NCBI GenBank assembly: GCA_043800705.1
Contig: JAZDMS010000010.1
Span: forward strand, 64,001-128,000
Length of the DNA: 64,000 nt
Source: Candidatus Altiarchaeota archaeon
GTDB lineage: Archaea > Altiarchaeota > Altiarchaeia > IMC4 > SCGC-AAA252-I15
Direction of reading: 5' to 3'
This document shows, one piece after another, positions 1 through 9,386 of this stretch. The notes below the pieces were generated by a model. That model saw only the letters and a list, made by a program, of their open reading frames with translations, was not told where the DNA came from and did no database searches. The position numbers and the translations under genes are program-made. How positions within the stretch are numbered: position 1 is the stretch's first letter; each line of letters opens with the position of its first letter.

Positions 1-302
1 CCGCATCATCCTCCCCCCTCCTCCTGTTCCACGTCAAATACAGCATAGAATACTACAACTCCGGAACCGGGAAGGGGGACCGCGGATTCGTGGAAGCATC
101 GTCTGACGGGATCAACTGGGACCGGCTGGGCGTCTACTCCAACACCGTATCCGACCAGTCACAGAACGGCTGGATACAGAAAACATACTCCCTCGACCCC
201 TACCGGGGGGGCAATGTCCGGTTACGATACCGGCTCAGGTCCGACGGGAATATACGCCGAGCCGGCCTCTACATAGATGACGTAAACGTCACCTGCTCAT
301 AG
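1..302 (+). CDS. 3' end of an extracellular protein with a MAM/immune-inhibitor-A-like beta-sandwich (starts before window)
   Basis: Frame is open from position 3; motifs GFVEASSDGINW...VRLRYRLRSD...GLYIDDVNV. Confidence 0.6.
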   Translation, partial: ASSSPLLLFHVKYSIEYYNSGTGKGDRGFVEASSDGINWDRLGVYSNTVSDQSQNGWIQKTYSLDPYRGGNVRLRYRLRSDGNIRRAGLYIDDVNVTCS

Positions 303-346
303 TACTCGGATTTTAACCCGTCCGGGTAATCATTAAACTCCTTAGG

Positions 347-1888
347 ATGACAGAAATCAAGGCCAGACTTCTGGGGGGTGTACAGGAAAAAAAGAAGACC
401 GGCGCCGAGAGGCTAAAGTCTATCCTGGAGGAGATAAAAACCAGAGGCACCGTCACGGAAAGCGAACTTGCCAAAGCCACAGAAATTGACAAGGCCGCCC
501 TGAAAAAATACATCAAATACCTCAGCGACAACGGCCTGATAACCATACAACGGCGGTTCTTCAGGGCGGCTGAAATATCCGCCGCCGGGGGCAGAACCAT
601 GAAAACCCCCCCAAAACAGGAGGAACGCCCCCCGGAACCCTCCACGGAGGAAACAGCCGCAGAAGAACCCGACAGGGAGGAAAAACCTCCGCCTGCCCCG
701 CCACAAAAAACGGGGGAAAATCAGGCACCTGCATCTGAGCCATTGCCTGAAAAGGAGCCGCCCGCCGAACAGCCCCCCAAGGAGACGGAATCCCAGAAAA
801 CCGACCTGGAACCGAAAAGCCCCCCGATACAGGGAGGCGAGAAGGTCATACCCGCCACCGAAGCCGAACTGAAGGAAGTGTGCGAGAGCCTCGTAACCGA
901 CTTCTTAGGCGTCATACGCCTCTTCGGAGAGATCCAGGGCAAATCGTACACCGCAGGCCTGCTCATAGACAAGGGAGACATCATAGCATCCTCATTCGAG
1001 CACATGGACACGGTCGAGATCCTCTACGGAGACGAAGCCCTCAGACAGATGCAGGAGAAATTCTGCGGCACCAGGGGAGACCTCGAGATCTACGAGCTGT
1101 CCGAGGAAGACCTCAACGAGTCCCTCATCAAGAACATCAACTACCTCCTCACCACCCCGATAAAGCTCTCGACCCTAAAGATAAAGATAAAGACGACAAC
1201 CCCCCCTCCCGAGGAGAGACGATACATGTTCTCGAACCTCGCGTGCATGTTCAACCGCCCGGACCCCAAAGCCAAGGAAGAAAGGATGACGGTGCTGAAG
1301 GAGATGAAAAAGCGGAGGGTCGAGAAACTCAGCGGAGGACTCAACCTCGTCGACTTCGCAAGAAACCTCGTATTCGACCCTGCGAAGGCGAAACGGTTCG
1401 AGGAGCTGAGAAAGGCCATGCAGAAGACCGCGCCGGAACAAGGCCGCGAAGACCCCCGCAAGGCCGCAAGGTTCGAGGAATTGAAAAACCAGCGGATGCT
1501 GCTTAAGGGCATCATCCCCCAGCAGGGCGGTCCCATGTCCAAGGAAGAACGGATCGAAAAATTCAAACAGGAGCACAAACCAATACAGGCCCTGCCGGAG
1601 AAGCTGGACAAGATCCCTGTAAAAGCCGTCAAGGAGGGGAAAAAGATAGAGACGAACATCGACAGATTCTACGATTACGTCAAAAGCAATGGCAAGCTGA
1701 AGCTCAACGACGCACTGTCGCTAAAATTGAAGGTCAGCAAGACCCAGCTCGAAGCCTGGGCGATGATACTGGAGGAGCACAGCCTCCTGGAACTCCGATA
1801 CCCGACGATCGGGGAGCCTGAAGTCGCATACAACGCCCCGGAAAAACCGGTAAAAACGGATGATGCAGATGGCAGAAAAAAAAGATAA
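347..1888 (+). CDS. Pilus-locus protein: N-terminal wHTH, Pro/Glu-rich linker, DUF2226-like domain
   Basis: 513 aa ORF; LLIDKGDIIAS..ILYGDEAL resembles DUF2226; overlaps the ATPase start. Confidence 0.55.
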   Translation: MTEIKARLLGGVQEKKKTGAERLKSILEEIKTRGTVTESELAKATEIDKAALKKYIKYLSDNGLITIQRRFFRAAEISAAGGRTMKTPPKQEERPPEPSTEETAAEEPDREEKPPPAPPQKTGENQAPASEPLPEKEPPAEQPPKETESQKTDLEPKSPPIQGGEKVIPATEAELKEVCESLVTDFLGVIRLFGEIQGKSYTAGLLIDKGDIIASSFEHMDTVEILYGDEALRQMQEKFCGTRGDLEIYELSEEDLNESLIKNINYLLTTPIKLSTLKIKIKTTTPPPEERRYMFSNLACMFNRPDPKAKEERMTVLKEMKKRRVEKLSGGLNLVDFARNLVFDPAKAKRFEELRKAMQKTAPEQGREDPRKAARFEELKNQRMLLKGIIPQQGGPMSKEERIEKFKQEHKPIQALPEKLDKIPVKAVKEGKKIETNIDRFYDYVKSNGKLKLNDALSLKLKVSKTQLEAWAMILEEHSLLELRYPTIGEPEVAYNAPEKPVKTDDADGRKKR

Positions 1889-3416
1889 GGAAGCGAAGGA
1901 GGCCGAAGTGCTGGACAGCTATGAGCTGGAGGCCGATGGGATAAAGACCCCCGTCCAGATAGTAATGAAGGACTTCGTCCCCCATTACAAGCTCATACTC
2001 CCCGAACTCGACGTCGCTACGATCGCGCTCATGGACGACATAAAGGACCGGCTCATATCCGGGGTTGAGATGAGCACCAGCGAAATACTCGACCCCAAAC
2101 AGCTCGGCCAGCTGACGAAGGAATTCTCTAACAGCGCCGACACCATCATAAACGAGGAACTGGGCAGCCTCAACGAAGACGTCAAAAAACACCTGGTCCA
2201 CCGCATGCTCCACGAGCTCCTAGGACTCGACGAGATAGAATACTTCCTCTCCGACCCCAACCTCGAAGAGATCATCGTAAACTCCGCGTCGGAGCCGATA
2301 AGGGTCTACCACAAGAAGTGGGGCTGGCTCCTGACCAACATCACCCCTGTCAGCGAGATGCGGATACAGAACTACGCCAACACGATAGCGCGGCGCGTAG
2401 GGCGGGAAATAACGACATTGAACCCCCTCCTGGACGCCCACCTTGTCAGCAAGGACAGGGCGAACGCGATACTCACGCCGATCGCCACCAAGGGAAACAC
2501 CATCACCATCAGGAAATTCGCCCGCGACCCCTGGACAGCGACGGACTTCATTAACTCAGGCACCGCGTCCCCCGACGTCCTCGCCCTCATCTGGCTCATG
2601 ATGCAATACGAGATGAACATCCTCATATCCGGGGGGACCGGTTCGGGGAAGACGAGCTTCCTGAACATAATGATGCCGTTCATACCCCCCAACCACAGGA
2701 TAATCAGCATAGAGGACACCCGTGAACTGCAGCTGCCGGAATTCCTCTACTGGTGCCCCCTCACCACCCGCGAACCCAACCCCGAAGGAAAGGGCGAAGT
2801 CAACATGCTCGACCTCATAGTCAACGCCCTCCGGATGAGACCCGACCGGATAGTCATGGGCGAGATAAGGAAGAAGAGGGAGGCGGAAGTCCTGTTCGAG
2901 GCAATGCACACAGGCCACAGCGTCTACGGCACCATCCACGCCGACACATGCGAACAGACGATAACGCGGATTACGAACCCCCCCATAGACATCCCCCACA
3001 CGATGCTCGAGGCAGTCCACCTCAACGTCGTCATGTTCCGCGACAGACGACGCGGCATAAGGCGCATCTTCGAGGTCGGCGAATTCCTCGTCGACGAGGA
3101 CAAACGGCACTCGGGCGATATAAGGTACAAACCCAACATCATCTACCGCTGGGACGCCCGCGACGACAAGATAATACCCAACGTCGAACCCATGCGCCTG
3201 TTCACGGAACTCTACAGGCACACGGGACTGACCAGGGCGGAAGTCGTTGACGACATCAACCAGAAGCGGTCGATACTCGCCTGGATGGTGAGCCACAAGG
3301 TCCGGCAGATCAACGACGTCGGGAAGGTCTTCAATCGCTACTATATCGACAGAAAAACGCTCATGAATGTCGTGGACAACGACGAAGACCCAAAAGCCAT
3401 CATAACGGACCAGTGA
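1860..3416 (+). CDS. Type IV pilus/Tad assembly ATPase (VirB11/TadA/CpaF family)
   Basis: Walker A GGTGSGKT, SIEDTREL, ALRMRPDRIVMGEIR, AMHTGH..GTIHA. Confidence 0.95.
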   Translation: MMQMAEKKDKEAKEAEVLDSYELEADGIKTPVQIVMKDFVPHYKLILPELDVATIALMDDIKDRLISGVEMSTSEILDPKQLGQLTKEFSNSADTIINEELGSLNEDVKKHLVHRMLHELLGLDEIEYFLSDPNLEEIIVNSASEPIRVYHKKWGWLLTNITPVSEMRIQNYANTIARRVGREITTLNPLLDAHLVSKDRANAILTPIATKGNTITIRKFARDPWTATDFINSGTASPDVLALIWLMMQYEMNILISGGTGSGKTSFLNIMMPFIPPNHRIISIEDTRELQLPEFLYWCPLTTREPNPEGKGEVNMLDLIVNALRMRPDRIVMGEIRKKREAEVLFEAMHTGHSVYGTIHADTCEQTITRITNPPIDIPHTMLEAVHLNVVMFRDRRRGIRRIFEVGEFLVDEDKRHSGDIRYKPNIIYRWDARDDKIIPNVEPMRLFTELYRHTGLTRAEVVDDINQKRSILAWMVSHKVRQINDVGKVFNRYYIDRKTLMNVVDNDEDPKAIITDQ

Positions 3417-4136
3417 CTACTGGACGACGATCCCGCCGGCGGAGAAATCCATTGTGTGATTGCCTGCGTTTATCCTAGTCTGGCGCATCTTCTCCACAAG
3501 GGCGCTCCTTATCACGTCGTTGCCGACGTTCACCTTGTTGAAATAGATCAGCCCATCGCAGACGAACTCGCTGACCTCGTCCCTCCCCCCATCGGGCCCC
3601 ATCTGCTCGGAGATGAGAAGAGTCGTGACACCCAGGGACTTGATCTTCGACAGGATGTGGTACACGGTCTGCCGCCTCAGCTGGTATGCGTCCAAGGGGA
3701 CCTTGGAATGCAGGTCCATCGACAGCTCCACGAGCCTCGTCTGCTCGGTGTCCTCGAGGATGTTAGTGTAGACCGACAGGACTGAGAGGCTGTCGATGAC
3801 CAGGCGCCTCGCCTTCTTCGCCGCCACCTCATCCCTCAGATACCCCATGAAGCTCTGGATGTCCTTGTGCTTGATGGACAGAAGCGAAAACAGCTTCTCG
3901 TTGCGGATGTCGCTCCACCCGAACTGCTCCGCCTGCTTGATGATGTCCTCCCGAAACTGCTCGAAACTGACGTAGATGCCAGGCTCGCCATTCTTCACAC
4001 CCTCATGGATGAACTGCAGCCCCAAGATGGTTTTGCCAGTGCCCGGCAGGCCCGAAACCAAAACATTGAATCCGACCGGTATGCCGCCCTCAATAAGATC
4101 GTCCAAACCCCCAACACCGGTGGAAACACGCTCCAT
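3417..4136 (-). CDS. KaiC/RAD55-like single-domain ATPase
   Basis: RVSTGVGGLDDLIEGG, GLPGTGKT, RLVIDS, VEKMR. Confidence 0.9.
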   Translation of the reverse strand: MERVSTGVGGLDDLIEGGIPVGFNVLVSGLPGTGKTILGLQFIHEGVKNGEPGIYVSFEQFREDIIKQAEQFGWSDIRNEKLFSLLSIKHKDIQSFMGYLRDEVAAKKARRLVIDSLSVLSVYTNILEDTEQTRLVELSMDLHSKVPLDAYQLRRQTVYHILSKIKSLGVTTLLISEQMGPDGGRDEVSEFVCDGLIYFNKVNVGNDVIRSALVEKMRQTRINAGNHTMDFSAGGIVVQ

Positions 4137-4166
4137 CGAATAGGTATTGGACGACCAAATATTTAA

Positions 4167-4466
4167 CTAACGCGTCCGCCTCCCCTTTAGCGAAGAATTC
4201 TCGGCTGCCTTCCCCCCACTCTCCCCCCCGCCCTTCACAATGGGCCTTGCAGTCTTCCTGCCGGCCTTCTCGGCCCTGCGCCTCTTCTTCTTTTTCTCCA
4301 TCGAATGCTCCAGCATCCGCAGATAGAAGATTATCATGAGAAGAAGCCTCTGCATGGGCGTCGCCTGTATCGCTTTCTTCCTTCTGCCCCTCTTCATCCC
4401 AACCCTCCTTTTGCCCGCCGCTTTTTTGCCCTTCATTCTATCACTGTCAAATATTTTGGAGAACAC
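4167..4466 (-). CDS. Small Lys/Arg-rich hypothetical protein
   Basis: 99 aa ATG ORF filling the gap, co-oriented with the KaiC-like gene; no motif. Confidence 0.4.
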   Translation of the reverse strand: MFSKIFDSDRMKGKKAAGKRRVGMKRGRRKKAIQATPMQRLLLMIIFYLRMLEHSMEKKKKRRRAEKAGRKTARPIVKGGGESGGKAAENSSLKGRRTR

Positions 4467-4538
4467 CTTAATATCCGTAAAAAACCCGCAGAAACCGCTT
4501 TCCGGCCTTTCTTTAATCCTGGATCATAATATATCCTG

Positions 4539-5438
4539 ATGGCGTCAGTCAAGATACCCCTCCTGTCATCAACACTCTTGAGGAACGCCTCACGGATATT
4601 CATAGGAGTCGGAGACATACTCACCCACCTGTTCCCGAACATGAAGAACATCGTCGAACAATCCGGCGTCAAGGAATCCTACGGCATAAACCACCGCGAA
4701 TACCTCGCCTTCTGCGCGTTCACGTCCCTGCTTATATTCATCGGCCTCGGAGGCCTCATCACCGGCCTCCTGCTGCTAAAACCCGGGTCATCGCCCTCGA
4801 TCGGGCTGATCATAGGCGGGGCCCTGGGCTGCACGTTCTTCATGTACCTCATAGTCTACCCCCAGTCCATAGTCAACAAGCGGGTCAAGAACCTCGAACG
4901 CAACCTCCTGTTCGCCCTGCGCACCCTGCTAATACAGATACGTTCCGGCGTGCCGATATTCAACGCCATGGCGTCCGTCGCCATCGGCAACTACGGGCAG
5001 ATCGCCGACGAATTCAAGCTAGTCGTCGAAAAAGTCAGCGCAGGACGCGACGTCAAGGACGTCCTTGAGGAGATGGCGGTCAGAAACCCCAGCATCTACT
5101 TCAGGCGCGCCCTCTGGCAGATGGTGAACAGCCTCAAATCCGGCAGCGACGTGGGAAAAAACCTCGAAGACGTCATAAAATCCCTCTCGAAGGAGCAGCT
5201 TGTGGAAATCAACAGGTACAAGAGCATCCTCAACCCCCTGTCGATGATGTACATGATGGTCGCAGTAATCGCCCCCTCCCTCGGGATAACGATGCTCATC
5301 ATCCTCTCATTCTTCCCCAACATGGACAAGCTCGCCAACGAAAACATCTTCTGGGGCCTCATGATATGCATCATATTCCTCCAATTCATATTCCTCGGCC
5401 TCATCAAATCCAAGAGGCCGAACCTACTCGGCTCGTAA
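4539..5438 (+). CDS. Type II secretion system F family (TadB/TadC-like) platform protein
   Basis: TM helices, NLLFALRTLLIQIRSGVP..YGQIADEF. Confidence 0.9.
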   Translation: MASVKIPLLSSTLLRNASRIFIGVGDILTHLFPNMKNIVEQSGVKESYGINHREYLAFCAFTSLLIFIGLGGLITGLLLLKPGSSPSIGLIIGGALGCTFFMYLIVYPQSIVNKRVKNLERNLLFALRTLLIQIRSGVPIFNAMASVAIGNYGQIADEFKLVVEKVSAGRDVKDVLEEMAVRNPSIYFRRALWQMVNSLKSGSDVGKNLEDVIKSLSKEQLVEINRYKSILNPLSMMYMMVAVIAPSLGITMLIILSFFPNMDKLANENIFWGLMICIIFLQFIFLGLIKSKRPNLLGS

Positions 5439-5439
5439 A

Positions 5440-6441
5440 ATGTCCTTCCTGAAACTCCTCGCAAGGGTGCTGCCGCAGGGCATGCGGGAAAAATACTCCA
5501 AAATGGTCGGGTATTCGACGCTGAAAACCAACCCCGACACGTTCATAGGATTCGCCATAACCGCCGGAATCGTCGCGGGATTCCTCCTGACCATCGCCAC
5601 AAACGGGCTAAAACCCCCATGGCCCCTCTCCATGCCCCTCGTCATGTTCACCGTCTCATTTACGGCCATGCAGCTTCTCATCTACATCTGGCTCACCCTC
5701 AACGTCAGCGCGAAAGGGCGCCAGGTCGAGACCGCCCTCCCCGACGCGCTGCAGCTCATGTCCTCAAACATACGCGCAGGCCTCACCACCGACAAGGCCC
5801 TCCTCATGTCCGCCCGCCCGGAATTCGGCGCATTGGAGGAGGAGATCAGGCGCGTGGGCAAGGAGACGATGGCGGGCAGAAACCTCACAGACGCCCTCTC
5901 CAGAATGACGCTGCACATAAAATCCACGGACCTGTCACGCACAGTAGAGCTCATAACCAACAGCATAAAATCCGGCGGCCAGCTCGCGGACCTGCTCGAC
6001 CAGACAGCGGACGACCTCAGGGACCAGCAGATCATCCAAAAGGAGATAAGCGCGAGCGTCCTCATGTATGTCCTGTTCATATTCATAGCCATAGCCATCG
6101 GAGCCCCCATGCTCTTCGCCATGTCCTCATTCCTCGTCGACCTACTGGCCAGGAACATGGCGATGATCTCCAGAGAAATGCCGAAAAACTTCGACGGCGC
6201 AGCCAAGATGCCGATAAAGATGACCGGCCTCAGCATCAGCACCGAATTCATAAAACAATACGCAGTAATATCCATCTCAATCTCCTGCATTATGGGCGCC
6301 ATGATCATGGGCCTCATACTCAAAGGCGAAGAAAAAGAAGGATTCAAATACGTCATCATAATGCTCCCCCTCGCCCTGATAATCTTCTTCGCCGCATCAT
6401 GGGGCCTCGAAATGACCATAGGCGGAATGATGCCGCGCTGA
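5440..6441 (+). CDS. Type II secretion system F family (TadC-like) platform protein
   Basis: LPDALQLMSSNIRAG..EFGAL..SGGQLADLL. Confidence 0.9.
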   Translation: MSFLKLLARVLPQGMREKYSKMVGYSTLKTNPDTFIGFAITAGIVAGFLLTIATNGLKPPWPLSMPLVMFTVSFTAMQLLIYIWLTLNVSAKGRQVETALPDALQLMSSNIRAGLTTDKALLMSARPEFGALEEEIRRVGKETMAGRNLTDALSRMTLHIKSTDLSRTVELITNSIKSGGQLADLLDQTADDLRDQQIIQKEISASVLMYVLFIFIAIAIGAPMLFAMSSFLVDLLARNMAMISREMPKNFDGAAKMPIKMTGLSISTEFIKQYAVISISISCIMGAMIMGLILKGEEKEGFKYVIIMLPLALIIFFAASWGLEMTIGGMMPR

Positions 6442-6527
6442 CGCGCAGAGGGCTACCCCCTCATTTTTTTGGATTGTAGGCCCCCCTTTTTTTAGCGAGT
6501 TTCGTCGTAAGGCAGCTCCAACCTTTC

Positions 6528-6648
6528 GGATAACATTGGGATTAAGCGAAGTCTGCGGAAGGACTGTCTATTCCTGACGTTTGCGCAGATTTGGGGCGCA
6601 GAGCACCCGACAAGGGTCCGAATGCGCCCGCTTAATCCCGCGTTATCC
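6528..6648 (-). repeat. attC-like integron recombination site 1
   Basis: Minus strand GGATAAC-5nt-ATTAAGCG...CGCTTAAT-6nt-GTTATCC; 121 bp, downstream of a cassette ORF. Confidence 0.8.
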
Positions 6649-6697
6649 GACCGAGCCCGACAAGGGCGAGGCTTGAGTTTTCGAACTGCCCCTATAC

Positions 6698-7075
6698 TTA
6701 GATAGTTATCTTTTTTTCGATTTTAATATTTTCTCCAGCGTGAGTCTTGATGATGGTATTGAATTCATCTAAATCTTTTGTTATAAGATTTGTCCGCATA
6801 TATGCAACTTGACTGCTTTCTCTTGTTAACTTCAAATCATATGGTCTCATTCCCCCATTAGATAAAAAGACACTACGAAGGATTTCTATTTTATCAAAAT
6901 CTTTCCACGCATAGAATTTATCTGGTTTGATACAATGAATTCCAGTAGAATAAACTTTAAAATATGGTTCAAACGGTTCAAAAATAAAGTTTGTTTGTAA
7001 TAACACTCTAAGTATGTTGTGCTTCTTAGGTTTATCTTCATAGACTAAACTGCCACGTTCTTTTACATCTATCAT
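6698..7075 (-). CDS. Gene cassette 1, hypothetical protein
   Basis: 125 aa AT-rich ORF between attC sites. Confidence 0.7.
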   Translation of the reverse strand: MIDVKERGSLVYEDKPKKHNILRVLLQTNFIFEPFEPYFKVYSTGIHCIKPDKFYAWKDFDKIEILRSVFLSNGGMRPYDLKLTRESSQVAYMRTNLITKDLDEFNTIIKTHAGENIKIEKKITI

Positions 7076-7125
7076 GTAGGTTATTGCAATTTCATTAAAA
7101 AGAGTTGTCTGGCAGCTCGAAAATT

Positions 7126-8335
7126 GATACTATGTAGGGTTCTTGCCTTTTGCCGTGTAATGCGGCTAAAGGAGGAGTATTAAGGAGTATTATGGAGAAC
7201 CCTACGGTTTATCTTGGATGTGATGCGCATAAAAAAGAGTGCGTTTTCTGCGGTTTGAATGAGGAAGGCAACCGTGTTTGGGAGGGTAAAACGCCCACAT
7301 GTTTGGCGGGATTCGAGTTTGTCAAAGGCAAACTCGAAGGCTATATTGTCAAAGTCGTGGTTGAGGCGGGAGGTTTCGTGTGGAAGATTACGGACTTATT
7401 CTCGGAGGTCGGTTTCCAGGTGTACGTGTGCAACCCCTCAAAGAATCCCCAGATCGGTTTGAGCAGGAAGAAAACCGATAAAGAAGATGCATTTAAGTTA
7501 GCTGATCTGCTTCGGGCGGGGTATTTGAAATGCATCTATATCCCCACGAAAGAGCAGAGGGAGTTGCGGTCTGTAAGCAGGGACAGGCATAGTCTTGGTC
7601 GATTGCGGGGTAGGCTGTTGACTCAGGCACGCACTGCATCGTATGAGCATCAGATAGAACGTCGCAAAAGGATCATTGAATGCGTAGATGATGAAATCAA
7701 GAGTCTGAAAAAAGAAATAACAGCGAATGCCGGGAAAAATCCGAGCATTCGGCTTTTAGACTCAACTCCTGGAATAGCGGAGTACGGGGCTAACCTAATC
7801 GTTGGGGAAATATGCACTATAGACCGGTTCCCCACCTGCAAACAGTACATCGCCTACTGTGGGCTGGTGCCGTCGGTACGTCAGTCGGGGAATACCTTGC
7901 ATCTGGGTGCGATAAGGAAGGATTCCAATCACCGGTTGAAGTGGGTGTATACCCAGTCTGCTTGGATAGCGGTAAGGTGGAATCAGGAACTCAGAAGATT
8001 ATACGATCGGAAAGCTCGGGAGAGGGGGAAGAAGAAGGCGATTATTGTTGTGGCGAAGAAACTCGCCACAAGGAACTATTGGATGCTCAAAGAAAACAAA
8101 ACATACCAGGAACTGGTAGCCGCTTTTATCCGAATAGGCTAATCAAGCCTTACAGATTGTTTGCGGATCAGATCCCTGGACGGATCAGTACAGTAGGCTA
8201 ACCAAGCCTGAATGGTTGAATGTCGGAAGACGACTCACAAAGTACTGACCACGAAAAAAGAAACAAGTAAAATTCTGGAAGGTCTTATTATAGCGGCAGC
8301 CCTATACACATACCAGGCAAGAACCCACATGGTTT
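7126..8335 (+). mobile_element. IS110/IS1111-type insertion sequence A
   Basis: Subterminal IRs ATGTAGGGTTCTTGCCT (7132-7148) and AGGCAAGAACCCACAT (8315-8330); TT at both junctions; non-coding region downstream of the transposase. Confidence 0.8.
7150..8142 (+). CDS. IS110-family DEDD transposase/recombinase (likely start ATG 7192)
   Basis: GCDAHK, VVEA, KTDKEDA, PGI, YCGLVPSVRQSG. Confidence 0.95.
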   Translation: MPCNAAKGGVLRSIMENPTVYLGCDAHKKECVFCGLNEEGNRVWEGKTPTCLAGFEFVKGKLEGYIVKVVVEAGGFVWKITDLFSEVGFQVYVCNPSKNPQIGLSRKKTDKEDAFKLADLLRAGYLKCIYIPTKEQRELRSVSRDRHSLGRLRGRLLTQARTASYEHQIERRKRIIECVDDEIKSLKKEITANAGKNPSIRLLDSTPGIAEYGANLIVGEICTIDRFPTCKQYIAYCGLVPSVRQSGNTLHLGAIRKDSNHRLKWVYTQSAWIAVRWNQELRRLYDRKARERGKKKAIIVVAKKLATRNYWMLKENKTYQELVAAFIRIG

Positions 8336-8336
8336 C

Positions 8337-8454
8337 GGATAACATGGCAGGTAACCGAAGTTCGCCGAAGAAACGTCGCCAGACTGACAATTGGGCGAAT
8401 TTGGGGAACCACGGACCCGCAGGCAGAGAATTCCCGCTTAGCCGTACGTTATAC
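8337..8454 (-). repeat. attC-like site 2
   Basis: Plus strand GGATAAC...CGCTTAGCCGTACGTTATAC, same branched architecture as site 1. Confidence 0.75.
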
Positions 8455-8517
8455 GAGGCGAACCGCAGTGAGCCCGAGCCCCTGAAAGGGGCGAGCGTGC
8501 CTGCCAAGTTTTTTTTG

Positions 8518-8988
8518 TTATTGTTTTAGTTTGATATACCCTTCAATTAGTCTTAGGACTTTTACTTCTCCTTCCCTGTTTAGTGGTTTTTGGACGTATT
8601 CATTTGCGCCAATTCTAGGTCTCTCTTCATCTGACGGTAGTCTACCTGACAACATTATTACTACCTGGTCACCGTTGGATGTTTTCTTTATATCTGGAAT
8701 AACAGTATCCCCAGACATTCCTGGCATTTCTCTATCACACACTACAACATCATACTTCTTTGGGGAGTACTTTTCAAGACCATCCATACCGTTAGCGGCT
8801 AAATCAACATCCCAACCTTGTCGCACCATAATCATTTGGAGTCGATCACGCAATATCTCATCATCATCTATTAAAAGAATCTTTGGTTTACTCACTCTGG
8901 CACTTAAATGTGGTTGGAGTTGACGCACCTCTCCTAAGCTTATCTTATCTGCTAAAGGATTTCTGGTTGAAATATGCTGCGTGACCAT
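8518..8988 (-). CDS. Gene cassette 2, stand-alone response-regulator receiver protein
   Basis: ILLIDDDE, VVCDREMPGMSG, LSG, YVQKP. Confidence 0.9.
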   Translation of the reverse strand: MVTQHISTRNPLADKISLGEVRQLQPHLSARVSKPKILLIDDDEILRDRLQMIMVRQGWDVDLAANGMDGLEKYSPKKYDVVVCDREMPGMSGDTVIPDIKKTSNGDQVVIMLSGRLPSDEERPRIGANEYVQKPLNREGEVKVLRLIEGYIKLKQ

Positions 8989-9214
8989 GTTATTAGATAT
9001 AATAATGAAAACTATTTAACTTGGCAGGCATGTCGTATAACATCGCGGGTAAGCGAAGTTCCCGCGATGGACTGCCTCTGACCCACTTTTGGCGGGAATT
9101 TGGGGCGCCGCGTACCCGGCAAGGGATCACGAACGCCCGCTTAGCCGCATTCCTTAGAACTTTTTCTTTTGGCTGTGTGTTTACATTTTATTAGTCCTCT
9201 ATCTTATTAATCTT

Positions 9215-9364
9215 TTGAGGGCATGGGGCTGTTCCACAATCGTTCCTCGGCGCTCACTGGGCGCAATTTGGTAAGTGGTAAACGGAGCCCCCAATCACGT
9301 TACAGAAGCTTCAGCCTCGGGTGAGGTTGGCTTAGCGGCTAAACGGGGGTGCCCGTGCCCTCAA
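9215..9364 (-). ncRNA. Predicted bridge RNA/seekRNA of IS B
   Basis: Closing stem TTGAGGGCAYGGG; two internal loops carrying matches to the attC target and to the IS circle junction. Confidence 0.75.
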
Positions 9365-9386
9365 CTGAAGTAAAGAACTTAATCTT

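Noticed and set aside
8212-8529. ORFs 8212-8529, 8235-8507, 11027-11275 and 11055-11429
   Set aside because: They run through attC sites and IS ends; their mutual similarity comes from the DNA repeat
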